Source: Octopus vulgaris (Eukaryota). Taken from it: DNA of 64,000 nucleotides. Below, one piece after another: positions 25,387-38,157 of the stretch; within the stretch, counting starts at the first letter, position 1; each line of letters starts with the position of its first letter. The stretch is taken from NCBI GenBank assembly GCA_951406725.2, contig OX597824.1, forward strand, positions 10,106,001-10,170,000, given 5' to 3'. Both the position numbers and the translations under genes were made by a program. The notes beneath the pieces are model-generated. The model ran no database searches. It saw only the letters and a list, made by a program, of their open reading frames with translations, and had not been told where the DNA came from.

Positions 25387-26085
25387 ATATTCCCTCTCAC
25401 CTCTGCCACTATCTGGCATATACAGGTGCTTACACTTATCAAGTATTCACCCTGAATTTACAGTACATACATGCATCTATATATATATATATATACACAT
25501 ACACACACACACACATATACGACGGGCTTCTTTCAGTTTCCGTCTACCAAATCCATTCACAAGGTTTTGGTCGGCCCAAGGCTATAGTAGAAGGCACTTG
25601 CCCAAGGTGCCACACAGTGGGACTGAACCCAGAACCATGTGGTTCATAAGCAAGCTATGTACCACACAGCCACTCCTACGCCTATGTAAGAGCATCATAT
25701 TTAAATACTTTGTGAAATTTGTACCAGCTCTTTGTGGTCCGAATTCAGATCCTGCTGAAATCATCTTTACCATTCATCTCTCTAGTTTTGATAGAATCAA
25801 AAACTAGCCAAGTGCTTGGCAGAAGTAGAACAGTCAATAATACTGACCCTTTTCAGGCCTTATGCCTCTGTTGGAATCAGTTGTTAGGGGCATTTTGTCC
25901 ATCTTTATGTTCTGAGTTCAAATATTGCTGAGTTTGACTTTGCCCTTTATCCTTTTGGGGTTGATGAAGTAAATACCAATTAAGCACTGGGGTCACTGTA
26001 ATTGACTTACCCCCTCCTCTGAAATTGCTAGTCTTGTGCTAAAATTTGAAACCATTATTATTATTGTTGTTATTTGTTGCAGACA

Positions 26086-26252
26086 ATGACTGCCAGACGT
26101 GCCAAAATACAGATAAAACCAAAGATTGTTCCAGGAATCTCGAAACGTGATTCCAACAGAAATGGAACAAATAAACCTTCAAATGAAATTCCAGGAGAAC
26201 ATTCCACTCTTCAAGAGTCAAGTTCTGGACCATCGGATACAGATAAACAAAG
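26086..26252 (+). CDS. BDP1: BDP1 coding exon 1
   Basis: ttgcAG|acaATG. MTARRAKIQIKPKIVPG resembles the vertebrate BDP1 start (MFRRARLSVKPNV). Donor AG|GTatga in phase 2. Confidence 0.8.
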
Positions 26253-28045
26253 GTATGATTGTCGTTGCCCTAATTATTTCTCTTGTTGTTTCTCCATCCC
26301 TCGGGTCAGCTTTGATCCAATAGACCTCAGATTAGATTGACTAAATATATGCAAATCATAGAATTCTTGATATGTAGTTGGGTGAGATGTTAGAAATTCA
26401 GCCCTCACTGCGCAGCTAACATAAAAACCAAGATGTTAGTAAATGCATCCAGCATGCACAACAGAATTTAGAATGTTGAATTTCAATAAAAACTGTAGTT
26501 TAGTGGAAAGCTTCGATACAGACCTCATACAGAAAAGACCCACACAAATGACTGGCATAAAGTCATTCACAGTAGCTGGCCTTTAGTGCTGTCAAGAACT
26601 TGTAAGCAGGAGAAACAACTCTGGTGTTTGTTGTCCAGTTATCTATCCATCTCTCCAGCAGAGAAGAGGTATAAAATGTACTTGGAACTGATATTAGGAC
26701 TCATCTTAAAGTGAGACTAAAGAGAACCGAGTGGAGGCACATGGCCTAGTGGTTAGAGCAACAGACTCGCAGTCGAGGGATCGCAGGTTTGAATCTCAGA
26801 CCGGGTGATGTGTGTGTTTATGAGCAAAACACCTAAGCTCCATGCGGCTCCGGCAGAAGGTAATGGCAAACTTCTGTTGACACTTTTGCCACAACTTTCT
26901 CTTATTCTTTCCTCCTGCATCTTGCAGCTCACCCATGATGGACTGGTGTCTCATACAGGTGGGTAACCTATACGCCAAGGAAACCGGGAAACCGGCCCTT
27001 ATGAACCAGGTGTGGCTCGAGAAGGATCAGACAAAGAGAAACGAGCTGTACTGAAACTAGTATGCACAGGCACTTTTATGTGGAACCAGCACCCATGAGC
27101 TTGCAAGACTAGGATATCTTGGCTGAGAGAGAGATGTAGAGGAGATGCCTGTATGCATGGACAGACATAATTTTACTTAGCTTGATGTCTTCTCAAGCAC
27201 AGCAAACCATCAGAAGCCTTGGTCTCTTGCCATCTCCTCTGTGAGGCCCAACATCTGAAGATCCTTTCTCACTACTTCATCCTGTGTCTCCCTCTTTCAC
27301 ACATGTCCTCCACTATTATAGATAGGCACTTCTTTATGCAGTTGTCCTCATCTATATGCATCATTTGACCATACCTGCACAGTCTTTTCTTTTGCACACT
27401 ACATCTGATGTCTCATGTACACAGTTTTACTCTCAAATCACTTACACTCTGTCATACATACACTAAGACATTACCAGTGCAGTGGGGGATGCACCAGGCT
27501 CCAATCTCATCTGGCAGTTTCTACAGCTGGATGCCCTTCCTAGCGCCAACCACTCCAAGAGTGTAGTGGCTAAAGTTTATGAGTAATAAATTGGTTAATA
27601 ATCCATACACAAAATATTTTAACAATTTTTACACAAGTCCTAATAATATTTAAGTATAAAAATACCAAAGATTGGATTTTTTTAAAACATGGAACAGCTG
27701 TGAGGGTCCACCCAAGTGAAATAGGAATCAAAGGGTCCATAGATAAAAAATGGTTGAGAACCCCTGGTGTAAATGGTATGTGGTATGAACTAAAATTACT
27801 TCAACAATTGAAAGTTTACTCTGATTTACCATATTTTAATGTGTATAAGGAACCCTTTTTTAAGTTGAAAAAATACGAGAGTTTCATTTACATGGATTGT
27901 ATTATAATCCCTTACAAAACCTTTTTTTCAAATTTTAAGCTCCCAGAATTAAGGGGTTCCTTATACATGTTAAAATACAGTAGTTTGTCCTTTAATGCTC
28001 TTTATGATTTTGCTAAAAAGAAATGTTTCTTCTTTATTTCTTCAG

Positions 28046-28498
28046 TAACACTAAACCCATTCAGCAACAATCTGCATTTTCTCTTCGACCAAAAACTGGT
28101 TTGCGTGGTTCTGTTGCACCTCGTCTACATGGCTCAATGGACTCAATGAAACACATTCCAACAGCAGCACCTGGTAATGTGCCATCTGACCCGAATAGTG
28201 AGGCTGCAGTTTCTGTTGCAACTGACCAATGTAGCAACAGTGATACAACACCTAGTACTGTGGTAGCTGCTGACCAGAGTATTAATGCAACACCTGGAAA
28301 TCAGGTGGCTGAGCTGTCTACTCCTGTTGTGGCCCCAGTTAAAGACTCAGAGAAGCAACCCGATGAGACTATTAAAGGGACCCTTACTGCAAATATTTTG
28401 GAGGCTGAAAATGCTGAGAACTCTTCCCAAGTATCTGCTTCTGTTAAAGAAGTGGAAAAGGGTCCACTGACTACAGAAAATACTCCAAAACCTGCTGC
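28046..28498 (+). CDS. BDP1: BDP1 coding exon 2
   Basis: ttcAG|T...GC|GTgagt; 453 nt, phase 2-2, open low-complexity frame. Confidence 0.75.
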
Positions 28499-28547
28499 GT
28501 GAGTAACTTTATATTTCATAAACAGTGAAGTTCTTCCAGCTCTTTTG

Positions 28548-28550
<3 letters not shown>

Positions 28551-28620
<70 letters not shown>
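28551..28620. repeat. (CT)n microsatellite
   Basis: Seen directly. Confidence 0.95.
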
Positions 28621-28622
<2 letters not shown>

Positions 28623-30218
28623 TTTTGTTATATGCTTCTTAGATATTTTTTCCAGTGAGATCTCTAGATTTATAAATTATCAAATGGAAGTATGGTACTG
28701 TGTGGTAGTGGATGTTGATTAAGAGGAATGAGTTGACTATCATTTGGATATGCAAGTTTAACTTTTGAGAAAGTTTGCGTTCAAATAAACTCGAAGAAAA
28801 AAAGGGATTTGGTATCAACAATTAGATCTAATGTCTGTACAAGAGACTTATGTTGGTTTTGACTTTTAATGTAAAAGGGTGATACATACTTGGTCAAAGA
28901 TGTTGGTGGCACAAGGTAGACTTATTTTCTGGATAACTGAAGGAAAATATTCCATGTTTTTGTATTTGGTGTGCAAGGTACTAAACATGGACTTATGTTG
29001 AAACAGATTTTGTTGGAAAAAATTATTAGGCCTAATAATAAACATGTGCACTAGTTCAATTTCACTTATTTATTATTCGTTAATAATTAACCATCTAATT
29101 GATTGTTTAATTAATTATTCAGTCAATCAATCAATCAGCTCAGTTTGACATTTGCAGCCTCATCAATGACATGCTGTCTCTACCCCAGGTTTGGAAGCAG
29201 ATGAAAGGTGATGAAAAGACTTTTAACAAGTCTAGCTGATTAATTGAACGAATGATTAAATCAAACAATCAACTCATCATCATCATCGTTTAATGTCCGC
29301 CTTCCATGCTAGTATGGGTTGGACGATTTGCCTGAGGACTGGTGAACCAGATGGCTGCACCAGGCTCCAGTCTTGAACTGGCAGAGTTTCTACAGCTGGA
29401 TGTCCTTCCTAACCCCAACCACTCTGAGAGTGTAGTGGGTGCTTTTACATGCCACCGGCACGAGGGCCAGCCAGGCGGTACTGACAACGGCCACGCTCAA
29501 ATGGTACCTTTTATGTGCCACCTGCACAGGAGCCATTTCAGGGGCACTGGCAACGACTAACTAATAATAATAAGAGTAGTGAAATAGAACCGGTACATGT
29601 GTTTATTATTGCCATACCTTATATACTATAACATAAAATAATGTCCCACAGAAGACCACAGTGCAATACTGGCCATAAATATCGACTGGCAACATTTAAA
29701 GCAATTAATCACAGCTCAATTATGTGTGTGTTGGTATGTAATCCATATGACCATCACACTGACTGATTTATACTTTCATTATATAGTATATTATTTCAGT
29801 GTGATGCCTTCTTTGTTGACCTCCACCCATGTTAGATGGTTTCATGTTGATGTTTTTGCAAACTAAATTATTCTTTTTCTAATGTTGCTTAAGTGAAACA
29901 GCCCTCCATTAAAATTGTAGTCCTCCAATGATTTTGCAAGGTCCCAAAGTTAGTGTGATTGTCTCCTTATATATCTTCCTGTCTCAGTGAGTCATTGGAG
30001 AAAGTATCTTCCTCAACTCTTATTACAGAAAACATTCAAAAAAAGATTTTCTTTTAAGAAAGAGCCAGAACATTCTTAATGTAAAAAGGAAGACAGGCAA
30101 AAGGTTGTGTTAAGATTTTTTTCATAAACAAAAAAAATGAAGATATATGTGCTTTTAGGAGCTTATTAAAATCCAGATGTATTCAAATGGTTTGACAAAA
30201 ATATCTAAATGAAACATA

Positions 30219-30650
30219 TTTACGTTATTTACATTTGAAAGATATTTGTCCTCATCTTGTTTGTTGTTAACACAACGTTTCGGCTGATATACCCTCCATC
30301 CTTCATCAGGTGTCTTGGGGAAATTTCAAACCTGGGTTCTCATTCTTTAGGTAGTTTTTTATGATGATGTTGTTAGGGTTAGGGTTATGCCCACGTGCAT
30401 ATGGTGTAGTGGTTAAGAGTGCAGGCTATTAATCCCAAGATTTCAAGTTCGATTCCAAGCAGTGACCTGAATAGTAATGATAATAATAACATTGAAAATT
30501 ACCTTAGGAATGAGAACTAAGGGTTCGAAATTTCTCCAAGACACCTGATAAAGGCTGGAGGGTATATCAGCCGAAATGTTAACAACAAGCAAGATGAGGA
30601 CAAACATTCGTCAAATGTAAATAATGTACATAATTCCTCATCTCTTAAAC
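30219..30650 (+). mobile_element. tRNA-headed element with a hammerhead-bearing 3' part and an upstream inverted partial copy
   Basis: A box TGGTGTAGTGG (30402-30412), B box GTTCGATTCC (30447-30456), (AAT)n linker and body at 30490-30650. An inverted copy lies at 30219-30360, with (TTAGGG)2 at 30373-30384. Confidence 0.65.
30269..30314 (-). ncRNA. Minimal type I hammerhead ribozyme motif (decayed inverted copy on + strand at 30540-30580)
   Basis: Minus strand reads GACAC-CTGATGA-A-GGATGG-agggtata-TCAGCC-GAAA-CG-TT-GTGTT. Stem I is GACAC/GTGTT and stem III contains the palindrome AACGTT. Confidence 0.65.
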
Positions 30651-30916
30651 ATATTTAGTTAACCTGAATGGTAAAATTGAACTTGGTGATCAGTCTTGGT
30701 TAATTCAAGAGAAATGGAATCAGTAAAATATTTATATTGTAATCATTGTAGAAACAATTCTTGGATATCAGAGTAGAAAGTAGTGACCTGACATTATGTA
30801 TTTCTTTTATTGCTTATTCAGGAGAAAGGGGCAGTACCCTTGGCTCTTTCTAGGGCCTCTGAGATTAGTGGGAGGGAAAGAGAGGAAGGTGTCCTGAAAC
30901 TGGAGCCTTAGCTTAA

Positions 30917-31360
30917 CCCCTTAATGTTCAGATTACTCTGTTAAATGTAATGCTTTGTTATCTAAATTGTTTTGAATTAATCATGCATTATCTTATAGCT
31001 TTGAGGTTTCAATGATGTGATTGTTTATTTTTAGAATGTTTTTGTAGGTTAGGTGTGAGAGGCTAGATATGGCTAGTTCAAATATAAAACATGTAGAATA
31101 TTTGGGCCAGATATGGCTGGTTTAACCCTTTAGTGTTTAAACTGGCCAAATCCGGCCCAGATATTCTACATGTTTTATATTCAAAGTGGCCATATCTAGC
31201 CTCTCACACCTAACCTACAATGCCATTCTAAAAATAAGTAATCACATCATTGAAACCTCAAAGCTGTAAGATGATCCAGGATTAATTCAAAACAATTTAA
31301 GTGAAAAAGTATTACATTTAACAAAGTAATCTGAACACTAAAGGGTTAAATGTTAAGGTG
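30917..31360. mobile_element. Nested pair of piggyBac-like MITEs (inner copy 31126-31345)
   Basis: TTAA|CCCTTTAG...CTAAAGGG|TTAA. Same family at 33368-33584, at 50731-51122 (interrupted) and partially at about 1925-2102. Confidence 0.8.
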
Positions 31361-33767
31361 CAGAAGTACCGTACTTGGAAACATGTAAGGGTTGGAAACA
31401 GGAAGGATATCTGGCTATAGAAAAACCTACCTCAAAACATTGCCTATGTCCCATGCAAGCATAGAAAAGTGGGCCGGTGATAGGAAAAGCATCTAGCTGT
31501 AAAAACCATCCCCCAAAATAATGTATGTGCCAATAGCAGTGTTGGGTAGTTTTTGTTGTTGCTGTGTCAGATAATGAAAAAACACTGAATCAATGGAAAT
31601 TCCTGTATATTTACTATAGAGAGAGCGAATTATAAAGATAAGACAATAATATAATAGAAGTATAGAGAGTGAGTGAATGATAGTGAAAATATGGTAGTGA
31701 AATTTGTATGATATCAAACTCTGTGTGGATTAGGTGTAGAATGTTGGGATATGAAGAAAAGAGCAAGAATTAGAATTTGAATGAGGAAACATTATATAGA
31801 TAGAGAAAAGTATGTGAGTGAGAATAATGGTGAATGAGGGAATGAAAATACAAGGATGAAAAGTGAAGAGCCAACTTTTCAAATATATGACAGGTAACTG
31901 CAGGTCAGTCACAGAAGTTCTCAGTCGCAATGACTCTAAACTTGGAATGCAGAAGGAAGATGACTGTCACAAAAAGGGGTCAGTGCTTGGCATGATTTTG
32001 AGAGAAATTCTGCAAAGCAACAAGTAACACAAGAAGAAAGAGAAGCATGGTTTGAAGTAGAAAGAGTAACTGGAAGAAGACCAGAGGAAACACGGGAAGA
32101 AAATGGAGCAAGGCTTGAAGATTAAAAGAAACAAATAAATCCCGTCATTTTTGACAGGTACTATGCTAGTATATTTATCTGATATATCTCTTCTAGCAAT
32201 CTTCCTACAGTTATGAAATGGACACTACATGATGGCAGCAGGCAGATATAGATATTATCTTTTACTTGTTTTAGTCATTGTGCTGTGGCCATGCTGGGGC
32301 ACCACCTTGAAGGGTTTAGTTGAACAAATTGACTCTGGTACTTATGTTTTTCTTTTTTAAAGTCTGGTACTTATTTCATTAGTTTCTCTTGTTGAACCAC
32401 TAAGTTAAGGGGGACTTAAACACACCAACATCAATTGTCAGGCAGTTGTGAGTGGGTAACCAACACACACACACACACACACACACACAGGGTTTCCACT
32501 CAGTTTCCACTCAGTTTCCACTTACCAATTTTACATGGTATTAGTTGGCCTGGAACTATAGTAAAAGACACTTGCCCAAGTTACCACACAGTGGGACTGA
32601 ACCCAAAACCATGTGGTTTCAAAGTGAGCTTCTAATCCACACAGCCATGTCTGCAATTATATTAGACAACTGCTTTCATTTATTTTTTTTTCTCTCTGTC
32701 TGGCTTTTCCTTAATTCTATTTGGCTGTTGGTGCCACAAATCTCTTTGACTGTTGCCATGTGTTAAAAAACAACATAAACTGTCACTGTGCCAAAGAAAT
32801 ACTTATAAAGAAGAATGAGTTGGCTGCTGTTAGTCTGATGTGCAAAGTTAACTTGTAATAAAGTGCCAGTGCAAATGAGTTCAGAAAGTAACCGGATGTC
32901 AATAGTGGGGTCTAATGTACGCATGAGAGACAACCTTGTGCTATAGGGTGTGTTTGTGCATATGGGCATTCACATGTATGCTTCTTGTAAAAGTAAGGAA
33001 TTTGCTTGTTGTTAATTAGCTTGCTGTTAATTACTATGCTCTGCTTAATTTGCTCTATTGTAACAGTGGAATGCTGATTTGTCTTTGTGTGAGTTTAATC
33101 TTTGAGGGGTTAGCTGAGACTGGTAATTAATTTTAGAGGTTTTCTTTATAGTAAGGTGGCAAAATAGTGATAAAGGTTCAATAATGTATGGTAATGGTTG
33201 CTGCTGCTACTACTACTACTACTAATAATAATAATAAAATGATAAACGTTGCCCTTTTCAAGTCTAGTCAGGCTCATGGGCCCAGTTTCTGTGTTAGTGT
33301 TTCAGTCTGTTGTTGAAACTTTCATTTCACCTACACCGCTAATCCTTTGAAAAATGCAAAACATTAACCCTTTAGCACTTTAATAAGCTGTATTCAGCCT
33401 GAATATTCTCCCTGTTTTATGTTCAAACCAACCAGATCCTGCCTCTTACACTTACTCTACAATGCTATTCTCAAAATAAATAATATCATTGAAACCTTGA
33501 AGCCAGAAGGTAAAGCATGATTAACTGGAAACGATATGACTAAATAAGCATTATATTTGAGAAAGTAATCTGAATGCTAAAGGATTAATGTTCCATATTT
33601 CCTTTCCTCTAAAAAACCCCCTTTTGCGGGGGGGGGGGGTACTTTTAGCAAAGATTATTTTTTATCCATGTAGCACTAAGCAGTACACTCATTAACTTAA
33701 TCCACAATCACTGACCTTGCAGATAGCTGACCCCTTGAGATGTAGCAAGTTATTTGCTAGCATTTAA

Positions 33768-33987
33768 CCCTTTCGTTACTGTATTTATTTTGAGATGCTC
33801 TGTGTTTCTTTCAATTACTTTAAATATAACAAAGAATTTAGTAAAATAACTTGGTTATCATTAAGCCAGTGTTAGGAACATAAATTGTGACTAAGGTTTG
33901 GTGGAAGATTTTAATACAGAACTTATGAAAACAAGACATTTGTACTCGGAGCCAGAGCTGGTTTCAGCCAGATTGGTAATGAAAGGG
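33768..33987. mobile_element. piggyBac-like MITE, second family
   Basis: TTAA|CCCTTTCGTTAC...GTAATGAAAGGG|TTAA. Confidence 0.85.
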
Positions 33988-34319
33988 TTAAGCAGAAATG
34001 TTCTTTCATAAGATGTTTTTGCTGGAGTTAATTCATATATAGGTTTAAGTGCTCAGTTTTTATGTAAAATATACATTAGTTAGTCAAAAAATTAACCTTT
34101 AATAGTTGACCATTTCTCTTCCGCTGACCTTTATATCCAAGTACTGTTCATGATTTAATAGTTTCTACAGATACAAAATCCAGCATTATCCGAAATGATA
34201 TATATATATATATATATATCTGACCCATGCAAGCATAGCAAAGTAGACACTAAAATGATGATATATTGTGAAGTTCCAGTCAACTTGATCTTCACTATAA
34301 ATTTGACTCTGCTCTCAAT

Positions 34320-34752
34320 CATCATCATCATCATCATCATTTAACGTCTGCTTTCCATGCTAGCATGGGCTGGACGCTTCAACTGGGGTCTGGGAAGCCC
34401 GAAGGCTGCACCAGACCAGTCAGATCTGGCAGTGTTTCTACAGCTGGATGCCCTTCCTAAGGCCAACCACTCCATGAGTGTAGTGGATGCTTTTTACGTG
34501 CCACCGGCACAAGGGCCAGTCAGGCGGTACTGGCAATGACCTCGCTCGAATCTTTTTACACGTGCCACTGGCACAGGTGCCAGTGAAGCGACGTAGGTAA
34601 CGATCGTGCTCGAATGGTGCCCTTGTACGTGCCACGGGTACGGAAGCCAGTTGGCTGTTCTGGCAACGATCACGCTCAGATGGTGCTCTTGGCACCCTAC
34701 TAGCACAGGCATGAGAGCCAGTAAGGCAACACTGGTGACGATCATACTCGAA
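34320..34752 (-). repeat. (GAT)n-tailed RTE 3'-UTR-derived repeat (representative copy)
   Basis: Other copies at about 421-610, 4060-4190, 8510-8920, 16430-16720, 29275-29557, 39548-39890, 40470-40845, 44845-45242, 48285-48607, 50020-50243, 60830-61167 and 61970-62093. Confidence 0.85.
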
Positions 34753-35002
34753 CACATCCACATATATACAGTATATGTGTTTGTGTGAATTTTGAAATGG
34801 TATGAAAATTGAAAATTACGTCCTTTTCTGTAACTTTAAGTTTGTAGTTTTCTCTTTGTGATTACCAAATCGGTTAACATGTTTGAATTATCAAGGTATG
34901 AATGAAAAATAGTAAAGGAAACATCTATAAAGATTTTTGAATCAATCTGTTAATTCTGGTTACTTAAGAAATACTAATTTCAATTGGTTTGTTATTTTTC
35001 AG

Positions 35003-35782
35003 GAAGCCTGTTATTTCTAGACGGTCACGGTTCTCTGTGCAACCAAAGATCAGGACAAAAGTTCCAAATCTGTCTGGCGTTAGCAGTAGCCCCAGTAAAC
35101 CAGCCATTCCTTCTGTGTTGGAAAGCCAGCATGTTTCTTCAGAAGTCCAAAAAGCCTCTCCTGCGACAAAGAATGATGAACCAAAATTGCAGTCGAAATC
35201 TGTGTCAGAAAATAATGATACAACTGAATTGGTAGGAGAAGGCATAGCACAAGAGACTCGGATAGATTTATCCAAACCTAACACTGATGCAGTTGAGAAG
35301 ATTGAAAAAAGTGTATCTAATGACAAAACTTTGTCCAGTAGTGATAAACCAGCCGTGGGTGCAACAGCAGATGGTAAAAGCTTAACCAACAGTGGTAAAA
35401 CAGCTAATGATGTAGTATCAGATAACAAGACACTATCTGTCAGTGGTAAGACACTCACTACTGCATCACCTGAGGATAAAGACTTAGGTAGTAGTAGTAG
35501 TAGTAGTAAGACAGCTGACGATGTGACAACAGATGGTACAAACTTACCTGCCGGTGGTAATACAGTTACTGTTGCGACATCTGATGATAAGACCATACCA
35601 AGCAGTGGTAAAACAGTTGCTGATACGACATCTGATAGCAAAGCCCCACTCAGCAATGATAAACCCACTACCGATGCAGCATCTGGTGTTACGACATTAC
35701 CCAGTTCTGGTAAACCCGTTACTGATGAAACATCTAATGATAAGACCTTATCCAACAGCAATAAACCAACTACTGTTACTCC
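35003..35782 (+). CDS. BDP1: BDP1 coding exon 3 (contains 17-aa repeats)
   Basis: ttcAG|G...CC|GTaagt; 780 nt, phase 2-2. Starts KPVISRRSRFSVQPKI. Confidence 0.8.
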
Positions 35783-35981
35783 GTAAGTATATTCTCTCTT
35801 AATGTCATTGTAAACTTTTTACTTTCGTTTTTCTAATACATTCTTTTCCATCTCACTGACATGGGTTGAATGTTTATGTAAATTTAGATGTTTGCATCAG
35901 ACTTTCTGTATTAGTTCCCAGATACTTTCCTTGCCATTTTTTGATTAGTACTTAATTGAGGAAAAGTTTGTAATCAGTTAA

Positions 35982-36197
35982 CCCTTTCGTTACTGTATTT
36001 ACTTTGAGATGCTCTGTGTTTCTTTCAATTACTTTAAATATAATAAAGAATTTAGTAAAATAACTTAGTCATCATTCAGCTAGTGTTAGGAACTTAAATT
36101 GTGACTAAGGTTTGGTGGAAGATTTTAATTCAAAACTTATGAAAACAAGACATTTGTACTCAGAGCCAGAGTTTCAGCTGGGTTGGTAACGAAAGGG
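35982..36197. mobile_element. piggyBac-like MITE, second family, copy 2
   Basis: Near-identical to 33768-33987, with TTAA on both sides. Confidence 0.85.
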
Positions 36198-36453
36198 TTA
36201 ATTAGAATTGAGTGGCAAAACTGATTTCAGCAAGATTTGAACTCAGAACGGTTACTACCAAGCAACAATCTATCCAATGGGCAAACAATTCTGCCAAACC
36301 ACCACTTTATAATTGAGGTACAAGGCCAGCAATTTTGATTAGGGGAAAGTATCATTATTATAATTTATGTATCAGAATTCCTATGAACAAGAAAAACCCA
36401 AACCCTCCAAAATGCAAGCAAAATAATTCCAGCAATTTTTTGTTTTATTTCAG

Positions 36454-36684
36454 TCAAAAAGTTATTTCCAGGAGGTCAAGGTTTGCTCTTCAGCCAAAAA
36501 TCGGTGCCAGGCCAGGCAATCGTCCTTTTTGTACAAGTAGTCCCCAAGTGAAACCAACTGTTAGATTTCAAGACCTGGAGAGAAAGCAGCAGTTACCAGA
36601 ACACTTACAAAAACTTTCTGAAGAGAAAACAATCGGATTATCAACCGTAGTGGTGTTTCAAGATGGTAAAGAGTGTGAAGTGAT
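36454..36684 (+). CDS. BDP1: BDP1 coding exon 4
   Basis: ttcAG|T...AT|GTgagt; 231 nt, phase 2-2. Starts QKVISRRSRFALQPKI. Confidence 0.75.
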
Positions 36685-37145
36685 GTGAGTGTTTTGTTGA
36701 TTCCTTCCTTGTTTTACACCATTTTTTTTTTAGTTCTTGTAGTAGTGGTAGTGGTAGCAACAGCAGTGTCTGCTCTGTGTGTGGGGGTCGTGCATTGCTG
36801 TTACTCACAAATGGGGTTGACATGGTAACATGTGCCATGCTTTTGCTAATTGCTTTAGGTATTTCTCTATTTGTGAGCAGACCCAGACACCCTCTTGGCT
36901 CTCCTTGCCTTGATCCAGTGAACATCAAGCATATGACAGCTGGAAGGAGAGAGGAGGCTGCACCAGTGCTGAGTTGGTTCCGATCTCCACCTGGGTAGAT
37001 TGGTGCAACATGTTACAGAGTGTCTTGCTCAAGGAGGCAATGCATTGTCCATTTCAGGAATTGATCATGTGATTGTGACCCAACACCCTTAACTATGAGG
37101 CTTAGTGACTTCACAGTAGCTGTATTAATAGCATTTTATAGAATA

Positions 37146-37539
37146 CTAGCAGTATCGCCCGGCGTTGCTCGGGTTTGTAAGGGAAATAACTATATAAGCA
37201 TTTTTTAGAGATGTAAAGTATAATAGCCATCTCAATATGGCTAACCACAAAGGGGGGTGTTACTGTAGCTTTTTACGTTCTGAGATTTAATAATACATTT
37301 TTAGAGAGTTACTTCCCTTATATAAACTGAGCGAAAATGCATTAAAAATGTGAAAAATTGATGGTAAATTTTTTTTTTAATCGTAGACTCATCGTAGACG
37401 CGCGCTAATACCCAGAAGGGCTCGATATGAATCACGACTATAAAATACCCACTTTTGGTTACACTGCACCGCAAAATGTGGGAGTAAGGAATCTAAATCG
37501 TAGGAGACAGACACACAACTTCACTTTTATATATAAAGA
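37146..37539 (-). mobile_element. Non-autonomous Helitron
   Basis: Minus strand: A|TCTTTATATATAAAAG... 3' hairpin CCCGAGCAACGCCGGG ...CTAG|T. Confidence 0.85.
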
Positions 37540-37777
37540 TAATAGAAGCAGATGAAATGCTGATGTGACAGTCTTTGAATGCTTTTAATGGTGTTGGTGC
37601 TGTGACTCTTGTGATTTTGCTGAGCTGCAATGTTTTTGCTCATTAGTTGCATTTCAGTTTCAGTCTGTGATTCAAGTAGAAGTTAGTTCACGCCTCATCG
37701 TCATAACTTAATACTGATATTTCTCCACTTTTCCTGTGTATTGTCAGCCATCTCCCACTCTCTCCCTTATAAGCATA

Positions 37778-38157
37778 CTAGCAGTATCGCCCGGTGTTGC
37801 TCAGGTTTGTTTTGACCCTTTAGAATTGGAATTTTTGAAAAGTAAAAATTTTGCATTATGTAGCTTGTTGTTCTCTTTAAGTGAACATTTTTCTGGTTGA
37901 AATACACCGAAAAATGGTGACACAGCAGTCAAAAAAATCGTAAAAAAATAGGGATTTTCATAGAAAAAAAGCACCTTTTTGACGTAAATAATTTTTGGTG
38001 TTAACATGGTCTGATTTGCATTTTTTCTTCTACAGAAGGAAGAGCAAGCCTTCTTCTATCATACTCTCAATTTTGGTCAACTTGCGCCACAGGGTCTCGG
38101 AGGAGATAGTGTTAGTTGAAGGCCATACACAGACAACTTCAGCTTTATATATATAGA
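37778..38157 (-). mobile_element. Non-autonomous Helitron (same ends, different interior)
   Basis: A|TCTATATATATAAAG...hairpin...CTAG|T. Confidence 0.82.

Noticed and set aside
27700-28149. 149-aa ORF and the many other 60-140-aa ORFs in the track
   Set aside because: Many use non-ATG starts or lie in repeats or AT-rich introns, with no recognisable domains or splice support.
30392-30470. Possible tRNA gene (also the SINE heads at 26731, 41473 and 63126)
   Set aside because: A and B boxes are present, but there are no convincing acceptor or anticodon stems and each continues into repeat body, so these are SINE heads.
34490-34750. Regularly spaced short hairpin repeats resembling a CRISPR array
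   Set aside because: The spacers are similar to each other, the unit is part of a dispersed LINE-derived repeat, the context is eukaryotic, and there are no cas genes.
34964-35761. 265-aa minus-strand ORF
   Set aside because: Antisense shadow of repetitive BDP1 exon 3. The + frame has splice sites and the conserved motif.
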